Assembly: GCA_964247055.1 (NCBI GenBank)
Contig: OZ176058.1
Span: forward strand, 4,526,001 to 4,590,000
Direction: 5' to 3'
Origin: Paragordius varius
Lineage: Eukaryota; Animalia; Nematomorpha
DNA: 64,000 nucleotides
A program made the position numbers and the translations under genes. The notes beneath the pieces were generated by a model. The model searched no databases. It saw nothing but the letters and a program-made list of their open reading frames with translations, and had not been told where the DNA came from. Every line of letters starts with the position of its first letter. The stretch's first letter is position 1. Shown piece after piece: positions 54,321-64,000 of this stretch.

Positions 54321-57241
54321 AAAGTCCCAAATTTATTTGCTCTACTATAATGGGCTAGCCCTCGTCATTTTAATTACTTTTTATATGCAGTTTATGATAT
54401 ATTTTAGTGATTATTTGGAATGAAGCATTTAGCTTTCAAAAAGAATTTATTATAAAAAGTGTGGTCAAATTTCATTTTCTTATATGGATCACTTAAAACA
54501 AAAGTGTAAACAACTTTCTTATATTACTCGTAAGTTCCAAAACTATAAGCACCATGAGATTTCTGATACATTTTATCATATGTATATTTCGTTATGATAC
54601 CTTTTATATTTACACAGTGTGATAATAACACTTCATAACTTATTGGGACAGTTTTATCCCATAGCGGTTTAAACGTTTAATATATTTTATAGTATTTAGA
54701 GCATTTGGCCAATATCTTTAACTTTTCAACCGCATGTTTTATTAATTTAAAATGTTAACCTAAAAATTGCTTATAAACATTTTACGCAATATATTCTTAA
54801 AACTTTAGATGGCTAATACACTAGGCAAATGTTATTTTGATTATAAATTCTAACTAAATTTAATAAGCTTTTAGGTAACATTTTACCAGCAATAACTTTA
54901 TTTTTTTAATCCGCTGTTCATTTCAATCGTGTTTTTGAAGCTCACTCACTTTTAGACTCTAGAACAGTGGTGGCGTAAATCAAAGGGGATGCGGAGAATT
55001 AATTAAAAAAATAAAACTAGAAACGAATAAGGTTCTCAGGTGCAAATAATCAAGATTTTTAACGAATATGCAAAAAAATTTTTACGTTCGCAGAGATAAG
55101 GATCTTGATTGGGATTTTTATAATAAATATATTTTATTTTCATCTACGATTTTTTAGACAGCAGTACGCAAGATTTCTATTTTCAATTTGGTAGGGCGTG
55201 AACAAAAAAACGTTTGAAACCACGTTAAAAAACTGTAAATAAACTTTTTTATCTAATACAGGAAAACAATATTTAATTTAATTAATCTGGGGTATAAAAT
55301 ACCCCAATATGATATTGCTCAAGGGGAAAGGTCATAAAAGTGTTAACATATTTTTTACTTATTATATAAATACTTTGCATGTTTAACTAGTATTTGGAGA
55401 TGATATCTAAAATTTCCACCATGCTTCATACTAGGCTCATTTCAACAAAAGTTTACTAAAAATAAAATTTAAAACTAAAACATTTTCAAAAATGTTTCAT
55501 ATCTACCATTAAACATCCATAAAAAATTGTATCAGAATTATCATTGTGCTTCTGTTTTTGGCCATTACAAGTGTAATAGATAGTTAGTTACACTTTAGTT
55601 TTAAGTGCTCCAGTTAAGAAAATAGCAAAATTTGTTCACTTTTTTTAAGGTGCGGATAAATTTTATAATTATATATGAAAAGAAAAACAAAATTTTGAAA
55701 AAGTTTTGATTTTTGGATGTGGCATACAAAAGTCCCAAATTTGTTGGTTCTTCTAAAATGATCTAGTCCTTCAGATGCTAAAAATGCCGGGATAGCGCGA
55801 GATAAAATTTTAAATATATACTAATTTTGATATCAACTAAAAATAATGCATACTTTCAAAAGATTTCAATCAAAATTTTGTTGAAGCGTATTTCACAGTA
55901 TTTTGAGGCATGGTGGAAACGGTATAAAAACGCTTTCAGGTCTAATAAAAAAATTTATTCTATATAATTGATATTCTGAACCATTCATCGCTTCATGTTA
56001 ATTTAGAGCTTTGTCTTAAAGATTTTGGTGAATTTTGTAAAAAATATAATATTGATAAAACATAAATTTGAAGACAAACAAATATTTTAATCAAAATTCT
56101 GAGGTTGTTAACCATCATCAAATAATATAGAAAAAGTGTTATTATCTAAATCTTTTAATACAGTTAATGCCTAAAAATAGTAGGAAGTAGGCATCAAAAA
56201 AAATTGTTAAATTAAATTTTTCAAAAATTTCTAATAAATATTTTTCGCGTTGATATCAAAATTTACCATATTGATAATAGCAAAAGGTATATATTGTAGC
56301 ATAAAAAAAATCATATATATTTGTGTATGAAATATATTGCATTATATATAGTTTTAGAGCAAGGTTGCATTTTTACATAAGGTTAAATGTTACAATATTT
56401 AGATGAAAACATTCACACCCAAGTTATATATTTGCATAAGGTTAATTGTTACAATATTTGGATAAAAACATTCATAATTTTTTAATTTTATTTTTTACGT
56501 TTGACAAAAATTACTTGTAGTAATCAAAATATAATAATAAATTTATATAATTTTAGCTGAATTATATTTATATAATAAGGTAAAAATGTTTAACGTAACA
56601 ACAACAAAAGTGTATTATGCAATAAGGTAAGAGACAAGGATATCATTATTTTTTTTATAAGTTAACTAATATCGAAAAGAAATGAGTTAAGTTAACAAAA
56701 AACCTAAGTTATTAAACATAACACATATATTCAATTATTATCGCACGATCCCGGCATTTTTGCAATATTTTTATAATATTTTAATTTTTAAATGTGGGCT
56801 TGAAAGACCCAATTTATTTTACCCTTATAAAACGGGGTGGTTTTTTCAAAAATAAACGCAAAAATGACCGAATTTTGCGATAAAATAGATATATGCTAAA
56901 TTTTGACATCAAAAAAAATTTTTTATAATAAAACATAATTTTAGATAAATTCAATTTTTAGCAAAATTTTGTTAAATCGTTTTTCCTTTTAGGCTAGATG
57001 TAAACTGTATAAAACGCTTTAAGATTTTATTATAAAAAAAACTTTTTCTATATAATTTGATGATTTCGAGCATATCACCTTAGATTTTTGATTAAAATAT
57101 TCATTTGTATTCAAATTTACAAAAACTCATCAAAATCTTTAAGCACACAATGAAAATCTAAAATTAAATCAATCCATTTTTTTTCTAAAATAAATATTTT
57201 ATTTAATTATAATGCTGGTGGGATTATTTAAGAATATTGAA

Positions 57242-57289
<48 letters not shown>

Positions 57290-57315
57290 AATTTAAATAA
57301 TTTTATTCAATTAAT

Positions 57316-63460
<6,145 letters not shown>

Positions 63461-64000
63461 CTAAAATATGAAAAATAAAAAATATTTTATAAATATTAAA
63501 AATTATTAAAAATATAAAAAGGCTAAATAAAAATATTAAAATAAAAATGAAAAAAAATAATAAAAAATTTATATAAATTAAAAAAAATAAAAATAATAAA
63601 TAAATTTTAACGCAAATATATAGGCTGTTCCTAAAATATTTAAATAAAAATATTAAAAATAAAATATTATTAATAAATAATATTTAAAAAAAAAATAATA
63701 AAAATTAATTAAATAAAAATATTTAATAAAAATATTTTATCAAATAGTAAAAAAATCATAAAATATATTAAAGTAAAAATAAATTAAAAAAATATATTTT
63801 TATAAAAAAATTATTAAATTTTTAAATAAAAATTATAAAATATAAAAAATAAATTAAAAAATTAAAAAAAAATAATATATTAATTTATGAATTTCAATGC
63901 AAATATATAGGCTGTTCCTAAAATATTAAAATAAAAATTATTATAAATAATATTTAAATAAAAATATATTTATTATTAATAATTCAACAAAATATTATTT

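Noticed and set aside
53200-57000. Patchy GC-richer intergenic segments (possible decayed transposons; CAGTGGT-type ends at about 54965 and 22540)
   Set aside because: No paired termini or ORFs could be established by eye.

Overview
Extremely AT-rich eukaryotic (invertebrate, probably nematode; taxon is inference) genomic DNA. Four spliced protein-coding genes were assembled by hand, all on the minus strand, with consistent GT-AG phases: a KChIP/neuronal-calcium-sensor-like EF-hand gene (2012-7395), rabenosyn-5 (10368-20917), an SLC35A nucleotide-sugar transporter (25739-51020, with two introns of about 10 kb) and the 3' part of DPM1 (57316 to beyond the window end). Non-coding DNA is built from several MITE families, microsatellites, a 21-bp satellite, a near-identical 1534-bp tandem array and a type I hammerhead ribozyme. 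The most unusual feature is that introns of three genes contain arrays of partial copies of the neighbouring exon edges. Acceptor plus exon-head copies lie upstream of the exon, and exon-tail plus donor copies lie downstream. Many copies differ from the functional exon almost only at synonymous positions, which simple neutral decay does not predict. A palindromic CAGCTG motif is also strongly over-represented in rabenosyn coding DNA in all three reading frames. All coordinates, counts and alignments were read by eye and are approximate where stated.
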